A DNA stretch of 64,000 bases from Candidatus Micrarchaeota archaeon (GTDB lineage: Archaea; Micrarchaeota; Micrarchaeia; Anstonellales; Bilamarchaeaceae): the NCBI GenBank assembly GCA_038046765.1, contig JBBSVN010000007.1:1-64000 (forward strand). The letters run 5' to 3'. The notes under the pieces were generated by a model. That model was given only the letters and a program-made list of their open reading frames with translations, searched no databases and had not been told where the DNA came from. Each line of letters begins with the position of its first letter. Within the stretch, counting starts at the first letter, position 1. This document shows, piece by piece, positions 27,744-37,444 of the stretch. Position numbers and translations under genes: made by a program.

Positions 27744-29375
27744 ATGTCTGACCAAAAAATAAAATACATAGTCGTAGTCGGGTCAATAATGTCCGGCTTA
27801 GGCAAGGGAATAGTTACTGCTTCTATAGGAAAATTACTGCAAGCTAGAGGGTACAAGGTATCTCCCATTAAATTTGATGGTTATTTAAATGTTGATTGTG
27901 GGACAATGAATCCATTTAGACACGGAGAAGTTTTTGTACTAGATGATGGCACAGAAGTTGATATGGATTTTGGAACGTACGAGAGATTTTTGAATCAGTC
28001 AATATCTGGAGAAAACAGTATAACTGGAGGAAAATTATTTCAAAAAATAATCGAAAAAGAAAGACGCGGAGATTACTTAGGGAGAGATGTCCAGTTTGTT
28101 CCTCATTTAACTGATGAAATAAAAAAATGGGTTCGAAACGTTGGAAAAAAGAATGACTCTGATGTTGTAATCGTAGAAGTGGGTGGAACAGTTGGGGACT
28201 TAGAAAATAGCTATTTCCTGGAAGCAATGAGGCAATTAGGAGTTGAAGAAACTGTTCTATTTGCACAGTTGACATTTTTACCTAGTTTATCTGAGGGCGA
28301 GCAAAAAACAAAACCGACCCAGCATGCAACTAGACTTTTACAAAGTATGGGTATTAATCCGGATATTATTCTATGCAGAGGCAATGAAAAACTAAGTGAT
28401 GAAGCTAGAAAAAAACTCGCATTATATTGTAATGTAAAAGAAGAATTTGTTTTTGATGATCCAACTTTAAATACTATATATGAATTACCACTGCTTCTTG
28501 AAAAGCAGAATTTATACAAAGCAATTGCTGAAAAATTAAAACTAGAAGATCGAAAACCTGATTTAAAAGAATGGAAAGAAAAAGTTGACCGTATAATAAA
28601 TCCGAAAAACAGCGCAATAAAAATCGCAGTTGTTGGTAAATATACTTCAGTTAAAGACGCTTATATTAGCGTAAAAGAAGCATTAGTTCACTCTGCTGCA
28701 GAAATAGATTATGGCTTGGAAATCGAGTGGGTAGAAGCTAGCGATTTAGAAAAGATGGAGAAGGAAAAAGTTACCAAATTCCTAGGTAAATTCGATGGAA
28801 TTATTGTTCCAGGTGGATTTGGAGAGCGGGGGATTGAAGGCAAAATTATTGCAATAAATTATGCGAGACTAAATAAAATTCCTTATTTAGGTTTATGCCT
28901 AGGCTTACAACTTATGGTTATAGAGTTTGCAAGAAATGTCTGCAAGTTACAAACAGCACATTCTACTGAATTTGACAAAGTTACAAAGTATCCTGTAATT
29001 GACTTTTTACCAGAACAAAAACAGATTGCAAAAATGGGGGCGAGTATGCGACTAGGAGCTTATTCATGCGATATTACTAATAATACGATTACAAAACAAG
29101 CGTACGATAAAAAAGAATGTTCCGAGCGTCACAGACACAGGTATGAAGTTAATCCTGATTTTGTTGATGAAATAAGTAAATTTGGGTTAGTTTTTGCCGG
29201 ATTTCATAAATCATCTAAAGGCGATGTTACTGAAATTGTCGAGTGGCCTAGTGAATACGGGTTTGGGGTTGCGACACAGGCACATATTGAACTTAAGTCT
29301 AGATTAGAAACTCCAGCTCCGATATTTGTGCAATATATGAAAGCAGCGGCTAAGAGGAAGAAGGAAGGGAAATAA
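27744..29375 (+). CDS. pyrG: CTP synthase
   Basis: SGLGKGI, GTMNPFRHGEVFV, KTKPTQH, GLCLGLQ, ERHRHRYEVN. Confidence 0.98.
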   Translation: MSDQKIKYIVVVGSIMSGLGKGIVTASIGKLLQARGYKVSPIKFDGYLNVDCGTMNPFRHGEVFVLDDGTEVDMDFGTYERFLNQSISGENSITGGKLFQKIIEKERRGDYLGRDVQFVPHLTDEIKKWVRNVGKKNDSDVVIVEVGGTVGDLENSYFLEAMRQLGVEETVLFAQLTFLPSLSEGEQKTKPTQHATRLLQSMGINPDIILCRGNEKLSDEARKKLALYCNVKEEFVFDDPTLNTIYELPLLLEKQNLYKAIAEKLKLEDRKPDLKEWKEKVDRIINPKNSAIKIAVVGKYTSVKDAYISVKEALVHSAAEIDYGLEIEWVEASDLEKMEKEKVTKFLGKFDGIIVPGGFGERGIEGKIIAINYARLNKIPYLGLCLGLQLMVIEFARNVCKLQTAHSTEFDKVTKYPVIDFLPEQKQIAKMGASMRLGAYSCDITNNTITKQAYDKKECSERHRHRYEVNPDFVDEISKFGLVFAGFHKSSKGDVTEIVEWPSEYGFGVATQAHIELKSRLETPAPIFVQYMKAAAKRKKEGK

Positions 29376-29384
29376 AAAAAGGAA

Positions 29385-29597
29385 TTATTTTTTCGGTATT
29401 AATTTTTTAGGGTCTTTTAAATTCTCTAAGCGTTCAATTCTTTTTTCTAATTCATCTATTTTACCGGTAAGTTTTGTGTACATCCTTCCAAGATCTTTTT
29501 CAGGGGGCACATTGATTAGGATCTTCTTTTCTTTTGTGGGTTCTATTAATTTAATTATTTCGGATTTTTTATCTATTTTCGATTCTTGGTATCCCAT
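29385..29597 (-). CDS. Small coiled-coil hypothetical protein
   Basis: KIDELEKRIERLE; GGTGA RBS. Confidence 0.55.
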   Translation of the reverse strand: MGYQESKIDKKSEIIKLIEPTKEKKILINVPPEKDLGRMYTKLTGKIDELEKRIERLENLKDPKKLIPKK

Positions 29598-29650
29598 TAG
29601 TTTCACCAAATAAACTTCGAAGAATATATATGTACTTTTCCAATTTCATG

Positions 29651-29697
29651 ATTCTGGCAAGTTCCGGCAAGAATAAGTTTGCCAGATTCTGCCGGAA
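29651..29697. repeat. 47-bp direct repeat, copy 1 (internally palindromic)
   Basis: ATTCTGGCAAGTTCCGGCAAGAATAAGTTTGCCAGATTCTGCCGGAA. Confidence 0.92.
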
Positions 29698-29730
29698 AGG
29701 AATAAAAACCTTTTTATTCAATAAAAATAT

Positions 29731-31002
29731 ATGGAAAACGAAAAAGTTGAATATAAAAAAAGCCTTGCAACTATTGATGAGATTTTGCAGAGTGTTACTG
29801 CTTTTGCGAATACTTTTGGAGGGGAGGTATACGTTGGTATAAATGATGATGGCAGTACCGCAGGAGTTAGTATTGGTAAGAATACTATTGAAAACCTTAC
29901 AAAAGATATTTCAAGAGATATCGACCCAAAAATAAATATCTCAATAAAACTTTTAGAAAAAGAAGATAAGAAAATAATTTTAATTAGTGTTCCCTCGAGT
30001 AGTATGAAACCACATTTTTTTAGGGGAGTTGCCTATCAACGACTCGGTAAAAGCAATGTTAAGCTTTCATCGCGTCAGCTTGAGGATATGATCATAAAAA
30101 GGGCATTATCACTGCATGATGTCGATAGTCTAAATCTTAATATAAAAATGTCTGATTTAAGGGATGATTTGGTAAAAGAGTACGTTAAGGAAATAGGAAA
30201 AAAATATCAAAATCTTGCTAATACAATAAGGACTTTGGGTTTGGGTGAGGAAGAACAAATACTTCCATCAGCAGTTTTATTTTTTGGTCAAAACCCCAAA
30301 ATGTTCTTTCCACTTTATGGGGTCAAATGTGCCATATTTAAAGAAAATGATATGCTTGCCATAAGGGATTTTTCCGATCCGATTTATTCAATGTTAAATC
30401 AGGTAATATTGTTCATAAAACAAAGCATTCCTTCATCAATAAAATTTGAGGGAATAAAAAGGGTTGATGAATCTGCAATTCCAGATGTTGTCATACGTGA
30501 GGCTTTGATAAATGCGCTTATTAATGCAGATTATACTCTTGATGCGACTATATACATAAAGATTACGCAGGATGTTATTGAAATAAAAAATGCAGGCGTA
30601 CTTCCATCTCCACTTACTCTTGATGAACTGGAAAAACCCCACATTTCAAAACCTAGAAATAGAAGAATAGCTGGCTTGTGCCACGAAATCAAATGGATAG
30701 AACATTGGGGGGAAGGTACGCTAAAAATATTTAAAGAAATGAGAAGACGTGGGCTCGGTGTGGAGTTTAGTGAGTTTAATGGTTATTTTTCCGTAACGTT
30801 ACACACAAAAGAACTACCGTTAACCGATAGGCAGAATATTCTATTCAAATTTGTCCAAGATAAGAAAAGAGCTACTGTCAAGGAACTCTCTTCATTAGGT
30901 ATTCCAGCAAGAACAATTCGTTTAGAATTAGCTTCCCTGTCAAAAAGGGGTCTTATAAAAAAATCTGGGAAAGGTAAGTTAACATACTACCAAACCGAGT
31001 AA
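29731..31002 (+). CDS. AlbA_2/Schlafen-domain protein with HATPase_c_4-like and wHTH domains
   Basis: ENEKVEYKKS..VTAFANTFGGEVYVGINDDG; IREALINALINADY; SKPRN; IEHWGEG; C-terminal wHTH. Confidence 0.88.
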   Translation: MENEKVEYKKSLATIDEILQSVTAFANTFGGEVYVGINDDGSTAGVSIGKNTIENLTKDISRDIDPKINISIKLLEKEDKKIILISVPSSSMKPHFFRGVAYQRLGKSNVKLSSRQLEDMIIKRALSLHDVDSLNLNIKMSDLRDDLVKEYVKEIGKKYQNLANTIRTLGLGEEEQILPSAVLFFGQNPKMFFPLYGVKCAIFKENDMLAIRDFSDPIYSMLNQVILFIKQSIPSSIKFEGIKRVDESAIPDVVIREALINALINADYTLDATIYIKITQDVIEIKNAGVLPSPLTLDELEKPHISKPRNRRIAGLCHEIKWIEHWGEGTLKIFKEMRRRGLGVEFSEFNGYFSVTLHTKELPLTDRQNILFKFVQDKKRATVKELSSLGIPARTIRLELASLSKRGLIKKSGKGKLTYYQTE

Positions 31003-31009
31003 AAAAATC

Positions 31010-31056
31010 ATTCTGGCAAGTTCCGGCAAGAATAAGTTTGCCAGAATCTGCCGGAA
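31010..31056. repeat. 47-bp direct repeat, copy 2
   Basis: 46/47 identical to 29651-29697. Confidence 0.92.
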
Positions 31057-31145
31057 CGAGATTTAACACGAAAAATCGAAATTATATTGATGCAAAACTG
31101 CACTAAAAAGGCTTAATTTGGTGCAGAGGTGCAGCATAAAACCGC

Positions 31146-32126
31146 TTATAGATTAGGCACATAACTTGTTTTATAGTTTTTAATTAATGAATAATATTTG
31201 TAATCCTTAATATCATTTGGGAATTTTGCTTTAAAACTTTCTATAAGTTGAGTGAATTTTTCAAAATTTTCTATTTCGACATCAAATTCTAAATCACTGG
31301 AAACAAGGCTTTTTTCAGTGTAAACAACATTAGAATGCGAAATTATATGCTGTCTTACATTTTCTGCATTTTTAAATTCTTTAAAAAACAAATCAACTTT
31401 GTAATATTGTTTGCCTAGTTTGTTTATATCAAAAATTGTTCGGAAACCTGTAATTATATTTTTCTTCAATAATTGCTTCATGTGATACCTGACAGTTACA
31501 ATACTCATGTTAATCGCTTTGGATGTTTCTACTAAAGAAGCTCTCGCATTGTTTGATAGAAAAGTAAGCAACTTATAATCTAATCCATCGAGTTTTTCTT
31601 GTTTTGATTCTGTTATTGCATTAAAAGTTAGTTTTTCCGTGTTTTTACTTCCTATTAAATAAGATCTGGAAAATTCTACATACTCTGTAAACACTGATAA
31701 ATGATAACTAGAAAAATATTCTCCAAATTTGATTTTAAATTCAGTCCAAAATTCCTGGTATTCCCAGATACTTTTTGCGAAGACACCCAAAGCAAGATGG
31801 TATTCCCCGTTTATTCGGTAAAATACGCCAACATTTTTCTTATTTTTTAGATAATTCGTAATCTCTGCCTCTATTTTCGGGCTAGCATTTTGTAATCTTA
31901 CATATGGTCTATAAACAGTATATCCAAGCTTGGAAAAATCAATAAGTGTGTAATATCCTTTAATTACTCCTGTTTTTTCAAGTAAATTTATCCTATACTT
32001 CACAGTTTCTTTGGCAACTCTGATTTTTTTACCAAGTTCGCTATAACTGATTCTGGAATTTTTATCAAGTTCACAGAGGATTTTGTAATCTATTAAATCT
32101 AGTTTTTCGACTTTTTCTATTGTCAT
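31146..32126 (-). CDS. Tandem Lrp/AsnC-family transcriptional regulator
   Basis: Two repeats of LDxxDYKIL..L..NxRxSxxE (HTH) each followed by a ligand-binding domain. Confidence 0.9.
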   Translation of the reverse strand: MTIEKVEKLDLIDYKILCELDKNSRISYSELGKKIRVAKETVKYRINLLEKTGVIKGYYTLIDFSKLGYTVYRPYVRLQNASPKIEAEITNYLKNKKNVGVFYRINGEYHLALGVFAKSIWEYQEFWTEFKIKFGEYFSSYHLSVFTEYVEFSRSYLIGSKNTEKLTFNAITESKQEKLDGLDYKLLTFLSNNARASLVETSKAINMSIVTVRYHMKQLLKKNIITGFRTIFDINKLGKQYYKVDLFFKEFKNAENVRQHIISHSNVVYTEKSLVSSDLEFDVEIENFEKFTQLIESFKAKFPNDIKDYKYYSLIKNYKTSYVPNL

Positions 32127-32247
32127 ATTTACTATTTATTATAAAATTAATTAAAAAGCTTTCTCTTTTTGTAAAAAGTTAATAAAAATATTAATATATA
32201 AGTTAATTCATTAGATAACACAGAAAGAAACTATTAAGGTGAAAAAT

Positions 32248-32706
32248 ATGAAATTACTATGTTTTCATGCAAAAGAATTTAGGGCAAAAGTTTTTGATAA
32301 TAAAACTGTTGGTCAGCAAAGGCGAGCCGAAGCAAGGTTAAGAAAAAGATTAACAGGTGTACTACCTAAACTGGAAGAAAATCGGAGAGAAGTAAAGCTT
32401 GAAAATACCATCGTTTCTTTAGTTTGTGTTGAAAAGTCCGACCCTTCACCAAGGATTTGGGATGCACGTGATTTTATCCTGCACGTTAAAGAAAATGTAG
32501 GTGCTAGTAGCGTTGTTATCGTACCATTTGGCCATCTAAGTGCTGAGCCTGCAATTCCAATAATGGCAAAAGAAATTATTCATCTTTTGCTAAAGTTTGT
32601 AAGGGATATTGAACCAAGCGCTGTTGATGTAATTTTTGGGTATGACAAATCGTTATTACTAGATGTTCCATGCCACCCATTCAATGCACGCTTCGCTTCT
32701 TTTTAA
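32248..32706 (+). CDS. Free-standing archaeal threonyl-tRNA synthetase editing-domain protein
   Basis: MKLLCFH, VCVEKSD, VPFGHLS, FGYDKS..HP. Confidence 0.75.
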   Translation: MKLLCFHAKEFRAKVFDNKTVGQQRRAEARLRKRLTGVLPKLEENRREVKLENTIVSLVCVEKSDPSPRIWDARDFILHVKENVGASSVVIVPFGHLSAEPAIPIMAKEIIHLLLKFVRDIEPSAVDVIFGYDKSLLLDVPCHPFNARFASF

Positions 32707-32710
32707 TTTT

Positions 32711-33064
32711 TTATTTTTGCATTTTCGGCTTCATTTCCTTTAGTACAAGTTTTGTTAATTCTACATCTCCACCTGATATCCATGTAGTTCCCTTATCCTT
32801 TGCAAATTCTTTTGCGATTTGTTCAACTGTTTTATTATATCCTTTCTTGGCTTCAGATGAATACGGGTTGTCAGAGTTACCGAATTTCCCGTTTGCAAAC
32901 TTTTGATTTAGTTCATGAATTCTTGTTAAAAATCCCTCGGCTTTTTTGTTGTTTCCTGTAATATTTGTTACCTTTTGCATAAATTCGCTACTAAGGTTGT
33001 AAATCTTCATTATTTCTTGAACTTTTTGAGCTTCTTTTGGATCTTTGGCATAAGCTTCAACCAT
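32711..33064 (-). CDS. Hypothetical protein
   Basis: 117 aa, GGTGA RBS. Confidence 0.55.
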   Translation of the reverse strand: MVEAYAKDPKEAQKVQEIMKIYNLSSEFMQKVTNITGNNKKAEGFLTRIHELNQKFANGKFGNSDNPYSSEAKKGYNKTVEQIAKEFAKDKGTTWISGGDVELTKLVLKEMKPKMQK

Positions 33065-33179
33065 TAAAATCACCTACTTGTACAAACCAGCTAAAATATA
33101 AAAATCCAGTGAATGCGTTCATTACCAAAACTGGTGGGATATGCAAACCTAAATAATTCCTATTAATAATAATTAATTT

Positions 33180-33539
33180 ATGGTACATAAAAGGATATTT
33201 CCTTTGCATAGGCTTAGGACACTAAGATCTGATGCTAGTCCGGTCAATAAGTTACATGAGCCTAAACTAGATGTTTTACCTAAACATTCAATTAGTTTAT
33301 TTCTTGAGCAAACAGAACTTGGAATATCGGGGGAATGTTTAGACCATACTGTTATCTGGCACCCTATGCGAGGGTTTGAAATATACTACGAAAACTTTGA
33401 TAAAATTTCTGTTTTAAGACAAACTGATATCATAAAAATGTTCAAACAGGATATTAAAGAAGCCTGTACCAAAAATCTATCCCTTAAGGAATTAATACTA
33501 AAATATTCGCATATCTTTGAATTTGATTCAATCATCTAA
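33180..33539 (+). CDS. Hypothetical protein
   Basis: 119 aa, Arg-rich N-terminus. Confidence 0.5.
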   Translation: MVHKRIFPLHRLRTLRSDASPVNKLHEPKLDVLPKHSISLFLEQTELGISGECLDHTVIWHPMRGFEIYYENFDKISVLRQTDIIKMFKQDIKEACTKNLSLKELILKYSHIFEFDSII

Positions 33540-34997
33540 CTATTGCATAATCCCATCAACAATTTTAATTGGGTCAAATTTTTCTAATTGTTCATATCCT
33601 TGTCCAACTCCGACATAAACAACTGGAACTCCGGTAACCTTCGCAATTGACAGTACACTTCCGCCCTTAGGGTCGCAATCTAATTTTGTTAAAATTATCC
33701 CATCGATACCAATTTCCTTGTTAAATTCTTCAACCTGATTAACAATTGCGCTTCCCGCAATGCTTTCACCAATGTAAAATTTAATATCTGGGGCTATTAC
33801 TCTATTTATCTTTTTTAGTTCGTTAACTAAACTTAAATCAGTTTCTTGTCTTCCAGCTGTGTCAATTAAGACTACATCTATTTTATGCGCTTTAGCATAA
33901 TTTACTGCGTCATAAGATACTGAAGTTGGGTCGCTGCCATAAGGGCGTTTTACGATTGGTACATTCAAACGCTCTGCATGAATTGCCAATTGCTCAATTG
34001 CAGCAGCTCTAAAAGTGTCGCTTGCCGCAAATACAACTTTGTAATTATTTTTTAGTAGCATACTCGCAATCTTTGCAATCGTCGTTGTTTTACCGCTTCC
34101 GTTAATTCCAAAGAACATTATTTTTACTGGTTTATTTAAAGACGAGACTTTTTCTAGAATGTCAAAAGATTTTTCACTTGACATCAGATCGATAAGCGTT
34201 TCTTTTATCGAGTTTTTTACAAATTCATTTATGTTTGTACGCTTGATTTTTGAGCCAGTTAATTTTTTCTCAAGCTCTTGTTTTATCTGCTCGGCAACTT
34301 CGATTGAAACATCACTTTCAAGCATTTCTAATTCAAGTTTGTCTAGTAAATCAATAATCTCGCTCCGGTTAATTTCTATTTCTCCGCTAACTAATCCTGC
34401 TAGCTGCTTTATAATTCCTACTTTTACTTCTTTTTTCGTATCCTTTGATTCTTTAAGTAACTCTACTTTTTTTGGTGGTTGCGGTTTTGCGACTGGTGGA
34501 ATTATTTCTTTAATAAGCTCGACTTTAGGTGAAGTCATTCTTTCTGGTGTTTTTGTTTCGCTTTTAAGTTCTACTTTGGTTTCTTCTATCTTTGTAATTT
34601 TCGTGATCTTTTCTTCCTTGATTTCCTCCTTAATCATTTCTTTTTGTTTTGGTTGCGCGGGTACTTCTTTTGGAGTTTCTTTGATTGATTCTTTTATTGA
34701 TTTCTTTGGTTTAGTTTCTTTCTCTTCTTTTTGTTTTTTTGGAGTTTCCTTTTTAGTAACAGGCAATGTTTCTTCTATCTTTGCAGGTTTCTTGTATTCA
34801 ACCTTTTCTTCAAGAGGTTTATCTTCCTCTATTTTCTGTGCAACTACTTCGAATTCTTCCCTTTCGATTATTTCTTTTGCTGTTTCTATCTTCTCTTCAT
34901 TTGGTTCTATTTCGGGCTCTTTAACCTCTACCTTTTCCTCTTTCTTAGTTATAGACTCGACAAAATTAGTAATTTTTTTCTTTAGGAAATCAAACAT
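33540..34997 (-). CDS. ftsY: Signal recognition particle receptor FtsY
   Basis: GINGSGKTTTIAK, DTFRAAA, DTAGR, TKLD; charged low-complexity N-terminal region. Confidence 0.97.
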   Translation of the reverse strand: MFDFLKKKITNFVESITKKEEKVEVKEPEIEPNEEKIETAKEIIEREEFEVVAQKIEEDKPLEEKVEYKKPAKIEETLPVTKKETPKKQKEEKETKPKKSIKESIKETPKEVPAQPKQKEMIKEEIKEEKITKITKIEETKVELKSETKTPERMTSPKVELIKEIIPPVAKPQPPKKVELLKESKDTKKEVKVGIIKQLAGLVSGEIEINRSEIIDLLDKLELEMLESDVSIEVAEQIKQELEKKLTGSKIKRTNINEFVKNSIKETLIDLMSSEKSFDILEKVSSLNKPVKIMFFGINGSGKTTTIAKIASMLLKNNYKVVFAASDTFRAAAIEQLAIHAERLNVPIVKRPYGSDPTSVSYDAVNYAKAHKIDVVLIDTAGRQETDLSLVNELKKINRVIAPDIKFYIGESIAGSAIVNQVEEFNKEIGIDGIILTKLDCDPKGGSVLSIAKVTGVPVVYVGVGQGYEQLEKFDPIKIVDGIMQ

Positions 34998-35002
34998 AAG
35001 TA

Positions 35003-35359
35003 TCAACTTAGGATATTTTCTTTACTAATATTCTCCCGTTTATCTTTGCTCTTTTTGTTAATCTTTTTAGTTTGGTCTGGTAGTTTATGTGCCAATATTA
35101 GTAAAACTAACAAAACTACTCCAATATAAACTAATTGAGTTCGCGCTCCAGAGCATAAACAGTTTATTGTTAAAACCCAATTACCTGGATTATTAGTAAC
35201 TGTTTTGCAGTAATTCGAAAAATCAAGATCGCAATTATACCAAAGAGCAGGACCAGAAATCATTATTGTATTTAGTATAAATGGTAAAAACATTATCAAA
35301 ATTAAATCAACAATAAAAAGAAATAATAAAATCTTTTTCAAAGCCTTTTTCCATTCCAT
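35003..35359 (-). CDS. Two-TM protein inserted between pfdA and ftsY
   Basis: Two hydrophobic helices flanking a 4-Cys loop. Confidence 0.6.
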   Translation of the reverse strand: MEWKKALKKILLFLFIVDLILIMFLPFILNTIMISGPALWYNCDLDFSNYCKTVTNNPGNWVLTINCLCSGARTQLVYIGVVLLVLLILAHKLPDQTKKINKKSKDKRENISKENILS

Positions 35360-35371
35360 ATTTTCACAGTT

Positions 35372-35407
35372 GCTCTTTGCTACAAGCCACCGGCTACTTG
35401 GCTAGAA
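35372..35407. repeat. Heptamer tandem repeat (degenerate)
   Basis: GCTCTTT GCTACAA GCCACCG GCTACTTG GCTAGAA. Confidence 0.55.
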
Positions 35408-35408
35408 A

Positions 35409-35846
35409 TTAAAGATACCCTTCAGGAAGTTGTTCTTCTGTTTCTCTTTGATTTCCTGTTGCTTTTCTTATTTGAACTCCGGTTTGCTGCAACTTTCTTG
35501 CGATTTTTTCAAATTCAATGTTCATCTTTTCAAGAGCTCTTTTTGTTGCTTCTGCCCTTTTACTTACTTCTGTTGCAGCAGCTTCCTTAGTCATCTCTTT
35601 TAGATATCCTGCTCCGATAGGTACAATTACGTTTGAAGTTGTCACTTTCGATTTTAGAAATACTCCTCCTCCGATTGGTGAAAGTATCTCGTCAGTTTTT
35701 ATATTTTCTACTGTTTTTGATGCGTTTAACAGGTCGATGGCAGTAAGATTTATTCTTTCTATTTCTCTTTCCAATAGTCTAAGCTGTTCTCTATAAACTG
35801 AAATTTCGTAAGATAGTTTTGCGTTTGCCTGTTTATTTTCCTCCAT
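35409..35846 (-). CDS. pfdA: Prefoldin alpha subunit
   Basis: Coiled coils around ILSPIGGGVF..VIVPIGAGY; conserved synteny. Confidence 0.92.
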   Translation of the reverse strand: MEENKQANAKLSYEISVYREQLRLLEREIERINLTAIDLLNASKTVENIKTDEILSPIGGGVFLKSKVTTSNVIVPIGAGYLKEMTKEAAATEVSKRAEATKRALEKMNIEFEKIARKLQQTGVQIRKATGNQRETEEQLPEGYL

Positions 35847-35893
35847 TTTATCAACCTTTCTACGCATTCTTGTATATTAAATTTACTATTAAA

Positions 35894-36067
35894 TTAAATT
35901 TTCTTTACCTGGTCTATTTGTACGTGTGACTTTTTTAAACCATTGTTGGAACCGAATTCTGCAAACGTAATATTTTTTGCATGGTTTTCACTTTCTGCTT
36001 CTATTTCTTTTACAAATGTTCTTTTTGTTCCTTCTATGGTTATTGTTCCAGAAACGTTAAATTTCAT
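35894..36067 (-). CDS. rplX: 50S ribosomal protein L18Ae/LX (absent from ORF track)
   Basis: MKFNVSGTITIEGTKRTFVKEIEAESENHAKNITFAEFGSNNGLKKSHVQIDQVKKI (57 aa); lies between eIF6 and pfdA. Confidence 0.9.
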   Translation of the reverse strand: MKFNVSGTITIEGTKRTFVKEIEAESENHAKNITFAEFGSNNGLKKSHVQIDQVKKI

Positions 36068-36110
36068 TATTCACACCTCTTTTTTTTTAATGCTTGTTAC
36101 ATAAGTATTA

Positions 36111-36773
36111 TTATTTAACAAAACCGAATGATGCTTCTATATTTCCTAATTCAAATGCAGTTGTTTTTTCTCCTGCAATATATCCATGGTTATTTACTAT
36201 TGCGCCAAGTGGTATAAATCCGGTACCAAAGTTTACGCTTCCTCTATTTCCTTTGGTTTTAAGCGCGTCTTCGATTATTTTCATTTCTTCATCGGTTGTA
36301 TTAAAATGGGTTAAAAATCCCTTATTCGTTGCGAGGCATGCACTTCCAACTGTGCTATAACCTGATGCAAGCGCTCCGACAAGTTCTATTCCAAGGGCAT
36401 CCTCCATTTTTTTCTTTTCATGATTTGGGACGTATGGATTTATTATCCCGCCCTTATCGTTAGCAACGATGTTGTTTCCGTGAGCATTTCTGTTTTCACT
36501 AGAAACGCAGATGTTTAATCCAGTTTTTTTAATATCTTTTAGTTCTTCTTCATGTACAAACGAAGGAAGTATAATTCCGTTTGAATTCATCGAAGTATAT
36601 ATACCTAAAATGTTTGAGCCGTTTATAAGTGCCTTATGTACTTCTACTTTTAAGTTTTCGGCTATAATCTGCTCAAATTTTTCATTTGCATCTTTTGGTA
36701 TTAATGCAATCTTGTCATTTGTCTTAGCGTAAATTCCTATCCAAGGGTTACCAAAGTATGTACATAGTTTCAT
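36111..36773 (-). CDS. eif6: Translation initiation factor 6
   Basis: GNPWIGIY, GNNIVANDKG, TVGS..LATNKG, GSVNFG, TTAFEL. Confidence 0.95.
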   Translation of the reverse strand: MKLCTYFGNPWIGIYAKTNDKIALIPKDANEKFEQIIAENLKVEVHKALINGSNILGIYTSMNSNGIILPSFVHEEELKDIKKTGLNICVSSENRNAHGNNIVANDKGGIINPYVPNHEKKKMEDALGIELVGALASGYSTVGSACLATNKGFLTHFNTTDEEMKIIEDALKTKGNRGSVNFGTGFIPLGAIVNNHGYIAGEKTTAFELGNIEASFGFVK

Positions 36774-36783
36774 GTTAGACCTA

Positions 36784-37245
36784 TTACTTTTTACTAGTTT
36801 TTTCTTTTGATTTTTGTTTTGCGTCTTTTGGAGTTTCTGTTTTTGCCTCTCTTTTAACTTCTATTTTTTCAGTAGTTGTTTGAGTTTTTGCAGTTACTTT
36901 TTCTTCCTTTTTAGTATCTGCTTCTTTAACTTCAACTTTGGTTTCTGTTTTTGTATCTGCTTTCTTTACTTCTGCAACTAGCTTTTCATCAGCTAAGTAT
37001 GCCTTTGCTACAATTCCTTCTTTGATTACTCTTATTTTTGCCTTTCTTGGTGGTTTTTCTATTCCTCTTTGCCACAGGAAATTATTTAGGGCATTACTTA
37101 TTCTAACATTTTTCGCATCAACTTTTGCGTGTCTTGTCAAGAATTTTTCGAGTATCGAAACGGCTCTTTTAGCCCTTTTTGTTCTTATATATTCATAAGC
37201 CTTGTTTAGAGGTACAGTATAAAATCTTTCAAATTTGTCTGCCAT
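36784..37245 (-). CDS. rpl31e: 50S ribosomal protein L31e with charged C-terminal extension
   Basis: ERFYTVPL, RAKRAV, LWQRGIEKPPRK. Confidence 0.95.
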   Translation of the reverse strand: MADKFERFYTVPLNKAYEYIRTKRAKRAVSILEKFLTRHAKVDAKNVRISNALNNFLWQRGIEKPPRKAKIRVIKEGIVAKAYLADEKLVAEVKKADTKTETKVEVKEADTKKEEKVTAKTQTTTEKIEVKREAKTETPKDAKQKSKEKTSKK

Positions 37246-37263
37246 GTTTTTTCACCATAAAAA

Positions 37264-37425
37264 TTATTCATCTTTTATTCTTAATTTGTCAGTTCTCCAG
37301 GTTCTTTTTATCCTGTTAAAGCCTACTTTCCTCTTTGTTCTTATGGTAACAAAAAGAGGTAATCTTCTGTTTTGCCTTTCTGCTTTTGCAAGCTTTGATT
37401 TTTTGATTAGTGTTTTATTACCCAT
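37264..37425 (-). CDS. rpl39e: 50S ribosomal protein L39e
   Basis: KKSKLAKAERQNRRLPLFV..RTWR. Confidence 0.92.
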   Translation of the reverse strand: MGNKTLIKKSKLAKAERQNRRLPLFVTIRTKRKVGFNRIKRTWRTDKLRIKDE

Positions 37426-37444
37426 AACCATTACCTCGAAAATA

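Noticed and set aside
29630..29842. 70-aa ORF spanning the first 47-bp repeat
   Set aside because: It overlaps the repeat and the AlbA gene start out of frame, with no coding features.
29651..31056. IS element or transposon
   Set aside because: The flanks are direct rather than terminal inverted repeats, and the enclosed protein has no DDE, HUH or recombinase motif.
34159..35028. 289-aa plus-strand ORF
   Set aside because: It is the antisense shadow of the Lys/Glu-rich ftsY N-terminus, giving Ser/Phe-rich low-complexity sequence.
36784..36980. Repeated KKADTK/KEADTK tail on L31e and the charged FtsY N-terminus
   Set aside because: Low-complexity charged extensions are common on these archaeal proteins.
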